A stretch of DNA of 64,000 nt from an uncultured cyanobacterium (GCA_963719515.1 CAVRCJ010000006.1:128001-192000); one strand, 5' to 3'; numbered from the stretch's first letter, positions 43,824 through 54,932 are shown. Made by a program: numbers and translations. The notes: generated by a model from the sequence alone, not told the origin.

Positions 43824-44870
43824 CTACGCTTCCAACTGGCTATCGTTATCACGAATTATCTTCAAAACTGTGTTCAGTACCCCAACATAGGCTTGCGCTA
43901 TTGTTAGGAGTGTATTGTCGCCTTCAACAATAGTTCTAAAGACGCCATCTCTAGAAGCCGTGTACCTACCAGACAGATGCGGAACACTAAATTCCAAGTG
44001 TACTGTTACAGTGTCTCGCTCAGTAGTTGTGTCTGATATCCGAAGATGGACATCACAGTCTTCAAAATTTATGTATTCCCTTAATGGATCTTCTATTGAC
44101 CTCAAAACAGCATCAATAGGACCGGTTTGCTCAGTATTTCCGTACAGCTTAGTGTCATCAAGCGTGAGGCACACGTTCGCACAACTTTTCTCAAGGTTAC
44201 ATGAAGAATTGAAATCAGTAAGTGACAGAATCCTTGTTCTATCAGTGTGATCTACGGTCATATGAGGATCGTATCTATTCAGCAGAATTGAGAATGCTTC
44301 AGGTGTAAATACCCAGACCTTAACTAAATCTTCATGTTCTTCTTCTTTCCCCCCAAACAATTCTGAAGAACCAATACAGATGTCAGCATACCCATACTTA
44401 AAAATATGTTCACGCTCATCAGAATTGTTCGTAAAGTATTCAGGTTCACAAGTTAGTATTGTGAGACCGTGTTGAAAAGCTGTTTCTATCCTACGTGCGT
44501 CATATAAAGGTAATATTTCTCTCTTCTTATTAGCTTCTTCCTCAACAGATTGACTGCACTTAAGCGTTTTCAAAGAGGCAACATATTCCTGTATCTTTTG
44601 AAATTCTTCAAATGTGACAAGTTTAGCTTTCTTCGCATTTGTAAGATTTCCTCTTACGATGTCTTCATCTATCTTTATTATATAGCTCTTTAGTAAATAG
44701 TCAGTTGCTCTGCCAAGGATACAGTGGACGGCACTGCTATATAGACTAGATCGACGTCCTTTCGATATCAAGCAGTCTATGAGTACGCTAGGAGTGCACA
44801 AAATGCCACCTAATTCAGTAACCAATTCGGTCATGTCATAGTCAGCGAACCGTATAAGTACATGTGGCAT
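43824..44870 (-). CDS. PIN-like N-terminal domain fused to a LeuA-type allosteric regulatory domain
   Basis: C-terminus aligns by eye with LeuA of this window ([42 protein letters not shown]); YDARRIETA...ILTCEPEYF resembles a PIN C-terminal motif. Confidence 0.65.
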   Translation of the reverse strand: MPHVLIRFADYDMTELVTELGGILCTPSVLIDCLISKGRRSSLYSSAVHCILGRATDYLLKSYIIKIDEDIVRGNLTNAKKAKLVTFEEFQKIQEYVASLKTLKCSQSVEEEANKKREILPLYDARRIETAFQHGLTILTCEPEYFTNNSDEREHIFKYGYADICIGSSELFGGKEEEHEDLVKVWVFTPEAFSILLNRYDPHMTVDHTDRTRILSLTDFNSSCNLEKSCANVCLTLDDTKLYGNTEQTGPIDAVLRSIEDPLREYINFEDCDVHLRISDTTTERDTVTVHLEFSVPHLSGRYTASRDGVFRTIVEGDNTLLTIAQAYVGVLNTVLKIIRDNDSQLEA

Positions 44871-44998
44871 TTTAGAAAATCTAGTAGCGTCAAAAACTTC
44901 TCAAGAACTAGCTAGAGTTTTTCAATAGCAACTGGAGCAACTGCTTGTCCTAACTAGACCAACCATTCATTTGTAGCCAATTCATTTAGACAAAATCG

Positions 44999-45265
44999 CT
45001 ATGATTCACGTGAGGTGGAGCAAGAGGCAAGCATGTCTCTCACCAACTCATTTTTTACTTCAATTTTTATCTTTTCTACAATATCAGCAAAATCACAGTC
45101 ACTTACTTCTTTATATCGCTTACCTCTAGGAGCGAGATCTAACCCCTCTGATAAAAGCTGATGTATCAATTCAGATATAGTGACATCTTCTTCATCAGCT
45201 CTACTCCTAAGCGCATCTAGGATGTTTATGTCAAGTCGAATGCTATATAACTTCTTTGTTGTCAT
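44999..45265 (-). CDS. Ribbon-helix-helix (CopG-like) DNA-binding protein
   Basis: MTTKKLYSIRLD...LDALRSRADEEDVTISELIHQLLSEGL fits a strand-helix-helix pattern. Confidence 0.75.
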   Translation of the reverse strand: MTTKKLYSIRLDINILDALRSRADEEDVTISELIHQLLSEGLDLAPRGKRYKEVSDCDFADIVEKIKIEVKNELVRDMLASCSTSRES

Positions 45266-45712
45266 TGGAATTAACTCAAAGCGTGAGATTGCGGCACGCA
45301 CAACATTGATCTGTCTACAGAATGTCATACGACTAGTGTTCTGTCAAGAATGAGCAGCGGATATAACCAATAGAGCGGCAGCTGAATCGCAATGTGCTTC
45401 TTGCAAGCCTTACAAGGAATAGCTTTCAAGAACTTTCTAGGAGAAACACATACAGTTTTTCGGAGGGTTTTTCATAGATCTAGGGGCTAAATCTATAGAA
45501 AATCTCGTATATATTCAAATCCGTACAGCTATTCTTCAGGTAGAAATTCTACTTGCGTCTTTGCGCAAACACCTTAAACTCTCATCTGCGAGTACTTTGC
45601 GCTTACTCTGCAAGCCTTGATATACAAGGCTTGCAGAGCAGGTAGAGATCTCTAGCAGTCAACACACTGGATAAGCCTTGACTTGTATACAATTGTATGA
45701 CAATATACTTGC

Positions 45713-45979
45713 ATGTGTATGACGCTATTGGCAGTGAACAGCATGAACTTAGCCTCTGATATACGTACCGACGCCAAATTTGGTAAGCAAGAAAGCTCTG
45801 CAAAGCCCACAAAAGAGCGTGTACGATGCCCAACCTGTGGAGAAATCGCTACTCGCAGACGTTATCTTCACGCAAAAGGGGGTTCAAATGAATTTATACG
45901 AAAGACGGAATGCTCTTCATGCGATTACTACCTTGAGATATGTGAATCAACAGGTAAAGTTTTGCATGCATATTTCTAG
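45713..45979 (+). CDS. Small zinc-ribbon protein
   Basis: VRCPTCG...TECSSCDY...C..TGKVLHAY; start uncertain. Confidence 0.7.
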   Translation: MCMTLLAVNSMNLASDIRTDAKFGKQESSAKPTKERVRCPTCGEIATRRRYLHAKGGSNEFIRKTECSSCDYYLEICESTGKVLHAYF

Positions 45980-46182
45980 AGAGAATGAACTTCCCAATCG
46001 CAGCAAACTGCGGAGTATCACTTCGCTACGCCTCGCTCGGCTCCGCTCGATAATGCCCAATTGAACGTTGCTCTACAGATCGAAGAAAGCTGCGGAGTAT
46101 ATGACTCAGAGAAACTAGATCAAGTATTGTGGTTCTCATTTTAGTGCATACGTAACAACAAATACCTGGTTTTTATAGATTT

Positions 46183-47034
46183 ATGATTTTAGAAAAGGTT
46201 AGTCGGATGTATCGGCATTTATTCTCTCAAAGGCGAACTGAGCTTCCATGGGAAATCAATTTGCGTACTCGTCCAATTCTTCATATCCAAAGAACACCGA
46301 TCTCAATACAACAGGCTATTAATGATCTGCAAATAAAGCTAATTGATAAAGGCTTCTTAAGTCAACATACTGGCATATTCGATAATGATACAAAAGATGC
46401 TGTTATGACGTTTCAGGAGCAACACTATCTACGTATTGATGGTGTTGTAGGTCCTCTCACCTGGGCAGCACTCTGCTATCCGACTTTATCCTTGTCGTAT
46501 GAAATTTCTGAAGACGAAAAGTATTTTGTTATAAAATTACAGAGATGCTTGCTTGATGAAGGATTTAGGTTGAAGGTCAACGGTAAATTCAACAATGAGA
46601 CTGATAGAGCATTGAGACGGTTTCAGCGCCGATATGAACTTCGTTCAGATGGAATCTGTGGGCCTCTAACTTGGATTACGTTATCTGGTCAGCGGCTTAC
46701 TCCAACTCAATCTACCTGGTCTCTGGGAATCATAGATCGTAAGATAGAGCATGCTCTTGAGCAAACATTAACCGTTTTTGCTATCTGGATTGGAATCACG
46801 TGGAATTCCATTCACTATCCGCAAGATGAAATATCCCATCCCGCAGCGATAGTTGTTGCTTATAGCCTCACTGCTTTTGGCTCACTTGTTCTGGAAAGAC
46901 TCTTTCCTGGAATCATCAACACATACGAAAGAAAACCACTTTTACGCTATGGACCGTATGTATTCGTTGGTTTGTTCTGGAAACAGATTATAACTAGGAT
47001 TTTGACAATTATGTCTCTAACCCCTTCTCTGTAG
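46183..47034 (+). CDS. Peptidoglycan-binding domain protein with C-terminal TM helices
   Basis: Two PG_binding_1 repeats (DGVVGPLTW, DGICGPLTW) plus 3 hydrophobic segments. Confidence 0.85.
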   Translation: MILEKVSRMYRHLFSQRRTELPWEINLRTRPILHIQRTPISIQQAINDLQIKLIDKGFLSQHTGIFDNDTKDAVMTFQEQHYLRIDGVVGPLTWAALCYPTLSLSYEISEDEKYFVIKLQRCLLDEGFRLKVNGKFNNETDRALRRFQRRYELRSDGICGPLTWITLSGQRLTPTQSTWSLGIIDRKIEHALEQTLTVFAIWIGITWNSIHYPQDEISHPAAIVVAYSLTAFGSLVLERLFPGIINTYERKPLLRYGPYVFVGLFWKQIITRILTIMSLTPSL

Positions 47035-47712
47035 TCATTAGCTGAGCAGCCCACACTCACGAAAACTTTACCTTATTTGTCACTCATTGCAAATGATGTC
47101 TTCCTGTCTCAGGTAGGCCTAGCTTATTTGCCGGTCGCTACAACTACTCAGCCCGCAGGTAAAGTCACAACACCTTGATATAGCCCTCATCCCCAGTAAG
47201 CGATCGCACTAGTACTCAACAGCGTAAATAAGCCAAGGGGTCACGATATGAGAGGTTTACCTGTATAGTTCCACTTGAACGGCTTGGCCATGGTGCGATT
47301 GAAACAATCAACTGACTAACCTCTCTAAATCCTCTCGCTCTGATTCGCTTAGAACGATTGGCGCTGCTGCTTGTTGTGGCACTCGCCTAGCTCCACCACT
47401 ACCTACTCCTAAACAGTAGCCCTATTTTTGCCAAGCAATACTAGCCACTCAACAATCAGCTCTACGAACCAGTGCTACGGCAAGATTCAAAATTGTGAAA
47501 GCCGCAGGGCGATATCATAATATTCACAGAACCGGCTCTCGCCAAGCAGGAGCAACTTGCGATCGCAGGAAAAAAGGGGTGGTTACCTAAGATCGGTTTT
47601 GGTGGACAATGCCCCACCCCACTCATCTTAGGAAGCGGTAAGGGATGAATCGGTCAATAGGCCAAAAATGCAGCTCGGTTAATCTAAGGCCGTTTAGCCA
47701 AGAAGGGGAATT

Positions 47713-48168
47713 ATGAATCGACGTGAGTTTGTCCACTGTATGGGCATTAGCGCGCTAGCAACGTCATTGCCCGTGGCGATCGCGGCGTGCCGCTCTGAGC
47801 CTACATCCACTGCAGAGGAAGACTCTGAAACCGACGCAACCGATGACCTCACAACTCGTGAGGATGGTTTTGCCGCAATCGGGACCGTTGCTGAGCTAGA
47901 TGCAGCCGGATTTATTGCCAACGTTCGATTTCAGGGTAGGCGGGTCATTGTCATCAAGGATCCTACCGAGGCATCAAGCGTCCTCGCCTTCGATGCGGTA
48001 TGCCCTCACGCTGCCTGCACCGTCGCTTGGAAAGAAAGTCTATTCGACTGCGATTGTCACGGTTCCCAGTTCAACGCCGACGGCACCGTGGCAGCAGGCC
48101 CAAGTACTGAACCCCTCGGTAATTTTGATGCCAAAATCGAAGACGAGCAGGTATGGGTTAAAGTCTAA
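47713..48168 (+). CDS. Tat-exported Rieske [2Fe-2S] lipoprotein (PetC3-like)
   Basis: NRREF Tat motif, IAAC lipobox, CPHAAC and CDCHGS boxes. Confidence 0.88.
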   Translation: MNRREFVHCMGISALATSLPVAIAACRSEPTSTAEEDSETDATDDLTTREDGFAAIGTVAELDAAGFIANVRFQGRRVIVIKDPTEASSVLAFDAVCPHAACTVAWKESLFDCDCHGSQFNADGTVAAGPSTEPLGNFDAKIEDEQVWVKV

Positions 48169-48284
48169 ACCAAAGCCTAGAGAAAAATACAGAAGATGCA
48201 GCTGGGGCATGCCTATGCAGCATATGGGTCAGCAAAATGATGCCTTATCCTCTATTTTTCGAGATGCCCTGCAGCAGTGCCTCA

Positions 48285-49271
48285 TTAGTCAGTCCTCGCA
48301 GCGTCTTCAAATGAAACCGGCATCACCTCATGAAACTGGGCGTAGTCAATGGCAAACTGCCCCGACTTCGTGTGGGTAAACAGGTCGCAAAACTGCATAT
48401 TCTCAATCACCTCCGCCGGAATATAGCTGTGGCGGGCATGAATCGTTTGAGAAAAGGTTTCATCTAGCCCCGTCAGCGTGACAATCAGCTCAACGTCGGC
48501 ATCCTCGTGGCGAAACAGATCGTAGTCGTACAGCGGACTACCGGGCACCAGCGGGTGCATTACCGTCCAAGACAGCGCAAAGATAGGACTCTGCGATCGC
48601 ACCAGCGGCAGGTCATAGAAGCGGCGCATGGAGCGGCCTTCGTGGGTGATCTCGTTACGCACCAGAGTTACCGTCACCTGAGCTTCTAGAATGCGATTGC
48701 GTCGCTGGTTGGCGCAGCGAAACATAAAGGTGGGCACCCCATCGTAGGGGGCAATTACCGCCACATCGCTGAACATGATTTTGGCCGTAGGCCGCGAGAA
48801 GCGAGCAAAGATTAAGCCTGTGGCGATCGCCAACCCCATGACCCCTACCAACGCCTCTACGGTGACGATCATATTGGCGTAGGGCGTTTGGGGGTACATG
48901 GCCCCGTAGCCAATGGAGGCCATAGTCTGAACGCTGAAGAAGAAGGCATCGGCAAAGGAGCCGGGGCGGGCGTTGGCGATGGGGTCGTCGCCAAGCAGAT
49001 AGGCCACCGCAAATCCGGCGTTGGTGAGTAGGTATACTAGCCCCACAATCCCAAAAAATACCGGTGTGGACTGCACCAGCATCCAGTGGTAAAGGTCGCT
49101 CCAAGGGGTGCCCGAAACGCCGAGACGGGCAATGTCGAAGCGGCCATCGGGGGTGACGATGCGAGGCTTACGGCGGGGTGAGATTGGGGTGAGGCCACGA
49201 CGCGCGGTAGCATTAGACGAGCGTTTGCGCAGTCCTGGATCAATGCGACCGGGTAGGGGGCGTTGGCTCAT
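48285..49271 (-). CDS. Inward-rectifier potassium channel (KirBac)
   Basis: FFFSVQTMASIGYG filter; FARFSRP, RCANQR and SWTVMHP motifs. Confidence 0.93.
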   Translation of the reverse strand: MSQRPLPGRIDPGLRKRSSNATARRGLTPISPRRKPRIVTPDGRFDIARLGVSGTPWSDLYHWMLVQSTPVFFGIVGLVYLLTNAGFAVAYLLGDDPIANARPGSFADAFFFSVQTMASIGYGAMYPQTPYANMIVTVEALVGVMGLAIATGLIFARFSRPTAKIMFSDVAVIAPYDGVPTFMFRCANQRRNRILEAQVTVTLVRNEITHEGRSMRRFYDLPLVRSQSPIFALSWTVMHPLVPGSPLYDYDLFRHEDADVELIVTLTGLDETFSQTIHARHSYIPAEVIENMQFCDLFTHTKSGQFAIDYAQFHEVMPVSFEDAARTD

Positions 49272-49278
49272 GTCTCCA

Positions 49279-50988
49279 TTAGAACAAAAAATACCGCTGG
49301 GCCATAGGCAGCACGTCAGCAGGCTCGCAGGTGAGCAGCTCCCCATCCGCCCGCACCTCGTAGGTCTCTGGGTCCACCTCCATACTCGGCAGGTAGTTAT
49401 TCAGCTTCATATCCTGCTTGCGCACCCGCCGCGTTCCCGTCACCGCCATTACCGGCTTCGCCAGCCCAATGCTCTCCGCAACGCCATCTTCGATCGCCGC
49501 TTGGGAGACAAAGGTGATAGACGTCGCCGCAATCGCTCCCCCATAGCTGCCGAACATAGGCCGCATATGCACCGGCTGCGGGGTGGGGATGCTGGCGTTG
49601 GGGTCGCCCATTTGCGCCCAGGCGATCGCTCCCCCTTTGATGACAATTTCGGGCTTGACGCCAAAAAATGCCGGTTTCCACAGGCACAGGTCCGCCAGCT
49701 TGCCCTCTTCTACCGAGCCAATTTGGGACGACATGCCGTGGGTGATGGCGGGGTTGATGGTGTATTTGGCCACGTAGCGCTTGGCCCGGTGGTTGTCATT
49801 GCGCGATGAGTCCTCCGGCAGGGGTCCCCGCTGCACCTTCATCTTGTGGGCCGTCTGCCAGGTGCGGATGATTACCTCGCCCACGCGGCCCATGGCCTGG
49901 GAATCGGAGGCGATCATGCTGAAGGCCCCTAGGTCGTGCAGGATATCCTCAGCGGCGATGGTCTCCCGGCGGATGCGAGATTCGGCAAAGGCCACGTCTT
50001 CGGGGATGCCCCGGTCTAGGTGGTGGCAGACCATGAGCATATCTAGGTGCTCTTCAAGGGTATTGGTGGTGTAGGGGCGGGTGGGGTTGGTGGAGGAGGG
50101 CAGCACATTGGCCTCGCCGCACACTTTAATGATGTCGGGGGCGTGGCCGCCGCCTGCCCCTTCGGTGTGGTAGGTGTGAATCGTTCGATCTTTGAAGGCC
50201 GCAACGGTCTGCTCGACAAACCCCGCTTCGTTGAGGGTATCGGTGTGGATTGAGGTCTGCACGTCGTACTCGTCGGCCACCGTGAGACAGGTGTCGATGG
50301 CGGCGGGGGTGGTGCCCCAGTCTTCGTGCAGCTTCAGCCCGACGACGCCCGCCCGCACCTGTTCCACAATGCCCTGAGGCTGGGCGCTATTGCCCTTGGC
50401 TGAAAACCCAAAGTTGAGGGGAAAGGCGTCCGCCGCCTGCAGCATGCGGTAGATGTGCCAGGGTCCGGGGGTACAGGTGGTGGCGTTGGTGCCGGTGGCC
50501 GGGCCGGTGCCGCCGCCGATCATCGTGGTGATGCCAGAGGCGATCGCCGTTTCGATTTGCTGAGGGCAGATAAAGTGAATGTGCGCGTCGATGCCCCCTG
50601 CGGTGAGGATCATCCCCTCCCCCGCTATAGCCTCGGTGCCGGGGCCAATAATAATGTCAATATTGTCTTGGATATAGGGGTTGCCCGCATTGCCGATTTT
50701 GGCGATACGGCCATCTTTGATGCCAATATCGGCCTTGACGATGCCCCACCAGTCCAAAATCAGGGCGTTGGTAATCACCGTATCGACTGCCCCATCGGCG
50801 TTGGCAATCGGAGACTGCCCCATGCCGTCGCGAATCACCTTACCGCCGCCGAATTTCACCTCATCGCCGTAAACGGTGTGGTCCGCCTCCACCTCAATAA
50901 TCAGCTCAGTGTCGGCCAGCCGGATGCGATCGCCTACGGTGGGCCCGTAGGTTTCGGCGTAGGCGCGGCGATTCATGCGGTAGCTCAT
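49279..50988 (-). CDS. ureC: Urease alpha subunit
   Basis: [21 protein letters not shown] and SDSQAMGR motifs. Confidence 0.98.
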   Translation of the reverse strand: MSYRMNRRAYAETYGPTVGDRIRLADTELIIEVEADHTVYGDEVKFGGGKVIRDGMGQSPIANADGAVDTVITNALILDWWGIVKADIGIKDGRIAKIGNAGNPYIQDNIDIIIGPGTEAIAGEGMILTAGGIDAHIHFICPQQIETAIASGITTMIGGGTGPATGTNATTCTPGPWHIYRMLQAADAFPLNFGFSAKGNSAQPQGIVEQVRAGVVGLKLHEDWGTTPAAIDTCLTVADEYDVQTSIHTDTLNEAGFVEQTVAAFKDRTIHTYHTEGAGGGHAPDIIKVCGEANVLPSSTNPTRPYTTNTLEEHLDMLMVCHHLDRGIPEDVAFAESRIRRETIAAEDILHDLGAFSMIASDSQAMGRVGEVIIRTWQTAHKMKVQRGPLPEDSSRNDNHRAKRYVAKYTINPAITHGMSSQIGSVEEGKLADLCLWKPAFFGVKPEIVIKGGAIAWAQMGDPNASIPTPQPVHMRPMFGSYGGAIAATSITFVSQAAIEDGVAESIGLAKPVMAVTGTRRVRKQDMKLNNYLPSMEVDPETYEVRADGELLTCEPADVLPMAQRYFLF

Positions 50989-51252
50989 GGAGATTCCTCT
51001 GCAATTTGCGGTCAAGGCTAGTGGGGAACACTGAGTTGCTCAGGCGAGTCCTAGAGAAAATACTGTTTAATTTGATACTCGCAATCGCTACAGTAGTACT
51101 CGAATGGGGGGTGGTCTTAATGCTTCAGCGTCAGCAGATCCAAATTCTGACGGGTTGAGCAGCAATGCCCGCTCATCTCGGCATCAGGAAAATGTATTAA
51201 AACTAAACATTTCTGGATTATATTCCCTCCATTGTGGTGTGGAATGCTTACA

Positions 51253-51266
51253 GTAAGGCAATTTAC
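51253..51266. promoter_or_regulatory. Possible NtcA site (GTA-N8-TAC)
   Basis: GTAAGGCAATTTAC in the ureC/kinase divergent region; spacing to -10 boxes is non-canonical. Confidence 0.3.
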
Positions 51267-51448
51267 ATCGTTATAGATAGCGCTGCAACCTATAACGACA
51301 GGGCCTGAGAACGCAGATCATCCCTTTTGCAGTACAAACTTCCGACGTCAGCCTTGCATTCAAGCACCTGTGCTGGACGCAACACCCGAGCAAAGACGCG
51401 ATCGCGATTCCATTTAGAGATACACTTCTTCACTCCAGTCAGAACCCC

Positions 51449-52642
51449 ATGCTCTGTTTCCTCGTCTATGCAGCCTCTCCCCAGGAGGGCTTTGGTCTAG
51501 CTATCACCCTAATCTCTCTGCTGGTTGCAGGCTACGCAAGCTACGCAAATGCTGCTTGGACAAGGGCATATACGGCCTCAGCGGGCAGCCCAGGCCTGAG
51601 CTTGGGCCTTTGGTCAAAGTCAGGTTTAATGAGGGCTGTGACTTGGGCTACCGGTACGGTAGCTCAGTACTTTGGCCTACAAATTATCTCAGCGAGCGAA
51701 CTTGAACGGCAGCAAATAGGACTGCGGAACGCCCTGGCAGTTCAGGCGACCCTAAGCACCACGGCTCAGCTACAGCAGCAGGCTTTAAACCAGACCAGGT
51801 TACAGCTGCAGGATATGGAGCGCCAGCTGGTTCAGGCCGAGAAGCTAGCGGGTCTAGGACAGCGCGTTGCCGAGGTTGCCCACGACATTAACAACCCTCT
51901 CGGCTTTGTCCATGGCAATCTGACGTTTATCGAGCAGTATGTCCAGAGCTTGACTGCGCTGATTGAGGTCTATCAACGGCACTGTCCTGCCCAATGTGCT
52001 CCAGTTGAGGCGCTGATCGACGAGATTGGGCTCCCGTTTATTCAGCAAGATCTGCCCGAAGCGTTGGCCTCTGTGCAAATCGGAGTTGAGCGCATTCGAG
52101 TTATCGCTCAGTCGCTAACGCGATACGCGCGTCGAGACGAAGCCGACCCAAAGCCAATTGACATCCAGGAAGGCATTGACACCGCATTGCTGATGCTACG
52201 TCACCGGTTTGTTAGCTCAGGATCCCACCATTGTCCGATCGCCCTCACCAAAACCTACGGCGATCTGCCTCCTGTCTACGGCTTTTCGAGTGAGATCACC
52301 CAAGTGATCACGAATATTGTCTCCAACGGCATCGACGCGCTTTGCGAATCGTCTCAGCCTACACCGGCCATTCACATCCAAACCCGCCAGCTTGATCCAG
52401 CCTGGATTCGAATCACGATTTCAGATAATGGTCCAGGCATGAGCTCAGAGACTCAAAGCAAGGTTTTTGAGCCGTTTTTCACGACCAAACCTGCGGGTCA
52501 GGGGACGGGACTGGGTCTGGCCATCAGCCGCCAAATTGTTGTAGAGCGGCATCGAGGAAGATTGTGTAGTCACTCTAGCCCGAACGGAACGGCCTTCGAC
52601 ATTGACTTACCCGTTCATCCTGCGGCTGCTCCGACCTCGTAA
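51449..52642 (+). CDS. Sensor histidine kinase (HisKA + HATPase)
   Basis: QAEKLAGLG, AHDINNP, N box, DNGPG and FFTTK..G.GTGLGL motifs. Confidence 0.92.
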   Translation: MLCFLVYAASPQEGFGLAITLISLLVAGYASYANAAWTRAYTASAGSPGLSLGLWSKSGLMRAVTWATGTVAQYFGLQIISASELERQQIGLRNALAVQATLSTTAQLQQQALNQTRLQLQDMERQLVQAEKLAGLGQRVAEVAHDINNPLGFVHGNLTFIEQYVQSLTALIEVYQRHCPAQCAPVEALIDEIGLPFIQQDLPEALASVQIGVERIRVIAQSLTRYARRDEADPKPIDIQEGIDTALLMLRHRFVSSGSHHCPIALTKTYGDLPPVYGFSSEITQVITNIVSNGIDALCESSQPTPAIHIQTRQLDPAWIRITISDNGPGMSSETQSKVFEPFFTTKPAGQGTGLGLAISRQIVVERHRGRLCSHSSPNGTAFDIDLPVHPAAAPTS

Positions 52643-52699
52643 CGGGACTGCGCCTCAGCAATACCGACGCTATATTACAAAGGTCGCGATCGCTCTAGC

Positions 52700-53686
52700 A
52701 TGTCCCATCCCCTTTCCGTTGCCGCAGTTTGGGTCACGGCGGCAGTCCTCGACTACGGCATTGGCGATCCCTGGAGCTGGCTGCACCCCGTCCAGGTGAT
52801 GGGTTGGCTCATTCAGCGATACGTAAACATAATTTTTGCCTTGACGCTGCCGCCCGCCGCGGAGCGCATTGCTGGGGTGGGGCTGGCGCTAGGGTTAGTT
52901 TTTGGCAGCGCTGCGGCAGGTTGGGGAATACACGTCTTGGCAGGGGCTCTTCATCCCGCTCTCGCCTTGGGCCTCGACAGCGTTTTACTGGCCAGCTGCC
53001 TTGCCGCCCGCAGCCTCAGGGACGCCGCCAACGACGTCCTCAAGCCCCTGGCCCAGAACGATCTTGCAGCCGCACGCGATCGCTTGAGCCGCTATGTCGG
53101 TCGAGACACAGCAGAGCTTTACGAGCCGGACATCCTGCGCGCCGTGCTAGAAACGGTGAGCGAAAATGCCACTGACGGCGTCATGGCTCCCCTGTTTTAC
53201 GGGCTAGTGGGTATGGCAACGCCCCTGGGAGGGGTATCGCTGGCGCTAGGCTATAAGGCTGCGAGTACTCTGGACTCGATGGTGGGCTATAAAAGGCCGC
53301 CCTTCACCTACATCGGCTGGGGCAGCGCCAGGCTAGAAGATGCCTTGACGTGGTTTCCCTGCCGGCTGACGGTGGTTACGGTTGGAATGCTGTCGGGCCA
53401 GCTGCGCCGCGTTGTGCAGTGCTGCCGTCGAGACGCCGTCCATGATCCCAGCCCCAACGCAGGCTGGAGCGAATGTGCCTATGCCGCCGCCCTCAACGTT
53501 CAGATGGGAGGCTTGAATTATTATCACGGCGTCGCCAAGGCAAAACCCCAGCTCGGTGATGCGCTACAGCCTATTGCGGGTGAGACCGTTTCCCAGGCGC
53601 TACAGCTGACGCGCTACAGCGTCCTGACCTGGCTAGCAGTGGCATTAGCAAGCTTGGCACTCTGGAGTATTGCTACGGCGGCGTAG
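52700..53686 (+). CDS. cbiB: Adenosylcobinamide-phosphate synthase (CbiB/CobD)
   Basis: GDP...HPV, VGRDT, SENATDG, STLDSMVGY and SPNAG motifs. Confidence 0.95.
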   Translation: MSHPLSVAAVWVTAAVLDYGIGDPWSWLHPVQVMGWLIQRYVNIIFALTLPPAAERIAGVGLALGLVFGSAAAGWGIHVLAGALHPALALGLDSVLLASCLAARSLRDAANDVLKPLAQNDLAAARDRLSRYVGRDTAELYEPDILRAVLETVSENATDGVMAPLFYGLVGMATPLGGVSLALGYKAASTLDSMVGYKRPPFTYIGWGSARLEDALTWFPCRLTVVTVGMLSGQLRRVVQCCRRDAVHDPSPNAGWSECAYAAALNVQMGGLNYYHGVAKAKPQLGDALQPIAGETVSQALQLTRYSVLTWLAVALASLALWSIATAA

Positions 53687-53695
53687 GGGCAAATG

Positions 53696-53914
53696 CTACT
53701 CGTCTTCCCAGGTGTCGACGGAGAGCAGGTCTGCGATGGGATCCTGCATGGCGAACCCAAACTCTAAAAGCTCGGCTTTCCAATGGGCCCAGTCGTCTCC
53801 ATACAGGAGCGCGATTTTCCACAGCTGGTCTGATCCTTTGACAGCGGTAGAGTCAACGAGTGACTTGACCTGCCGCTGGAACTTCACCATCGGGTGAATA
53901 ACCGGGTGGTTCAT
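53696..53914 (-). CDS. DUF4327-like small protein
   Basis: HPMVKFQRQVKSLV...LWKIALLYG..W..WK.EL..F.F..QDPI pattern. Confidence 0.8.
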   Translation of the reverse strand: MNHPVIHPMVKFQRQVKSLVDSTAVKGSDQLWKIALLYGDDWAHWKAELLEFGFAMQDPIADLLSVDTWEDE

Positions 53915-54240
53915 ATCTTGATAAGTATCCTAAGTGAACTTAAATTCTAAATGCGTCAACCATTACAGCTCGTCTGTTGACTCTAAAGCTGACGTTCATT
54001 ACGCCTTAGCAGCTTTGAAAATCGGACAAGACAGTGCAGCAATGCTTGAGCTGCTGAGCTACAATAACACACTGTGCTCGTTCTCTATCCTAACGATGTT
54101 TTAAGCGATTGGTATTGCTTAAGCTATTCGTCTTTTGTATAGAAGAACACACCTGAAATTAGAAAGTTCAATCTGTGACCCCATTGCTGTACCTTGTGTA
54201 TAATTAAGGTTTTGGGCTTGATTTTTAGAGAGGAAGGTTA

Positions 54241-54849
54241 ATGTCGCGATATCGAGGTCCCCGCCTCAGAGTAGTACGCCGGTTGGGAGAGCTTCCAGGG
54301 TTGACCCGCAAGAGCGCTCGCCGTGCGTATCCCCCTGGTCAACATGGTCAGGCTCGCCGTAAGCGCTCTGAATACGCGGTGAGATTGGAGGAAAAGCAAA
54401 AGCTTCGCTTCAACTACGGTCTGACTGAGCGTCAGCTGCTCCGCTATGTGAAGCGCGCCCGTCGCGCTACTGGTTCTACAGGTCAGGTGCTGCTGCAGCT
54501 TTTAGAGATGCGGTTGGACAACACCATTTTCCGGCTGGGCATGGCCCCAACGATTCCATCGGCTCGCCAGCTCGTCAACCACGGCCACATTATGGTGAAC
54601 GGTCGCCGGGTTGATATTCCCAGCTATCAGTGCCGCCCAGGTGACGTGGTCAACGTCCGCGATCGCGATCGCTCTAAGGAGCTGGTGGAGGCCAATCTAC
54701 AGTTTCCTGGTTTGGCTAACTTGCCCAACCACCTAGAGTTTGATAAGGCCAAGCTAGAGGGTAAGGTTAACGGGGTCATTGACCGCGAATGGATTGCCCT
54801 GCAGATTAACGAACTGCTGGTGGTTGAGTACTACTCCCGTCAAGCTTAG
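54241..54849 (+). CDS. rpsD: 30S ribosomal protein S4
   Basis: [16 protein letters not shown] and VVEYYSR motifs. Confidence 0.99.
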   Translation: MSRYRGPRLRVVRRLGELPGLTRKSARRAYPPGQHGQARRKRSEYAVRLEEKQKLRFNYGLTERQLLRYVKRARRATGSTGQVLLQLLEMRLDNTIFRLGMAPTIPSARQLVNHGHIMVNGRRVDIPSYQCRPGDVVNVRDRDRSKELVEANLQFPGLANLPNHLEFDKAKLEGKVNGVIDREWIALQINELLVVEYYSRQA

Positions 54850-54932
54850 GATCGAATGGGCTGTGTGCTATTGTCCGCCACGCCTTGGCTGCGGGTGGGA
54901 TAGCCGCAGCGTCTATTCACTGGCTTGATCAA

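Noticed and set aside
43532..43852. 106-aa minus ORF overlapping the end of the PIN-LeuA gene
   Set aside because: No recognisable motif or RBS, and it straddles the compositional boundary
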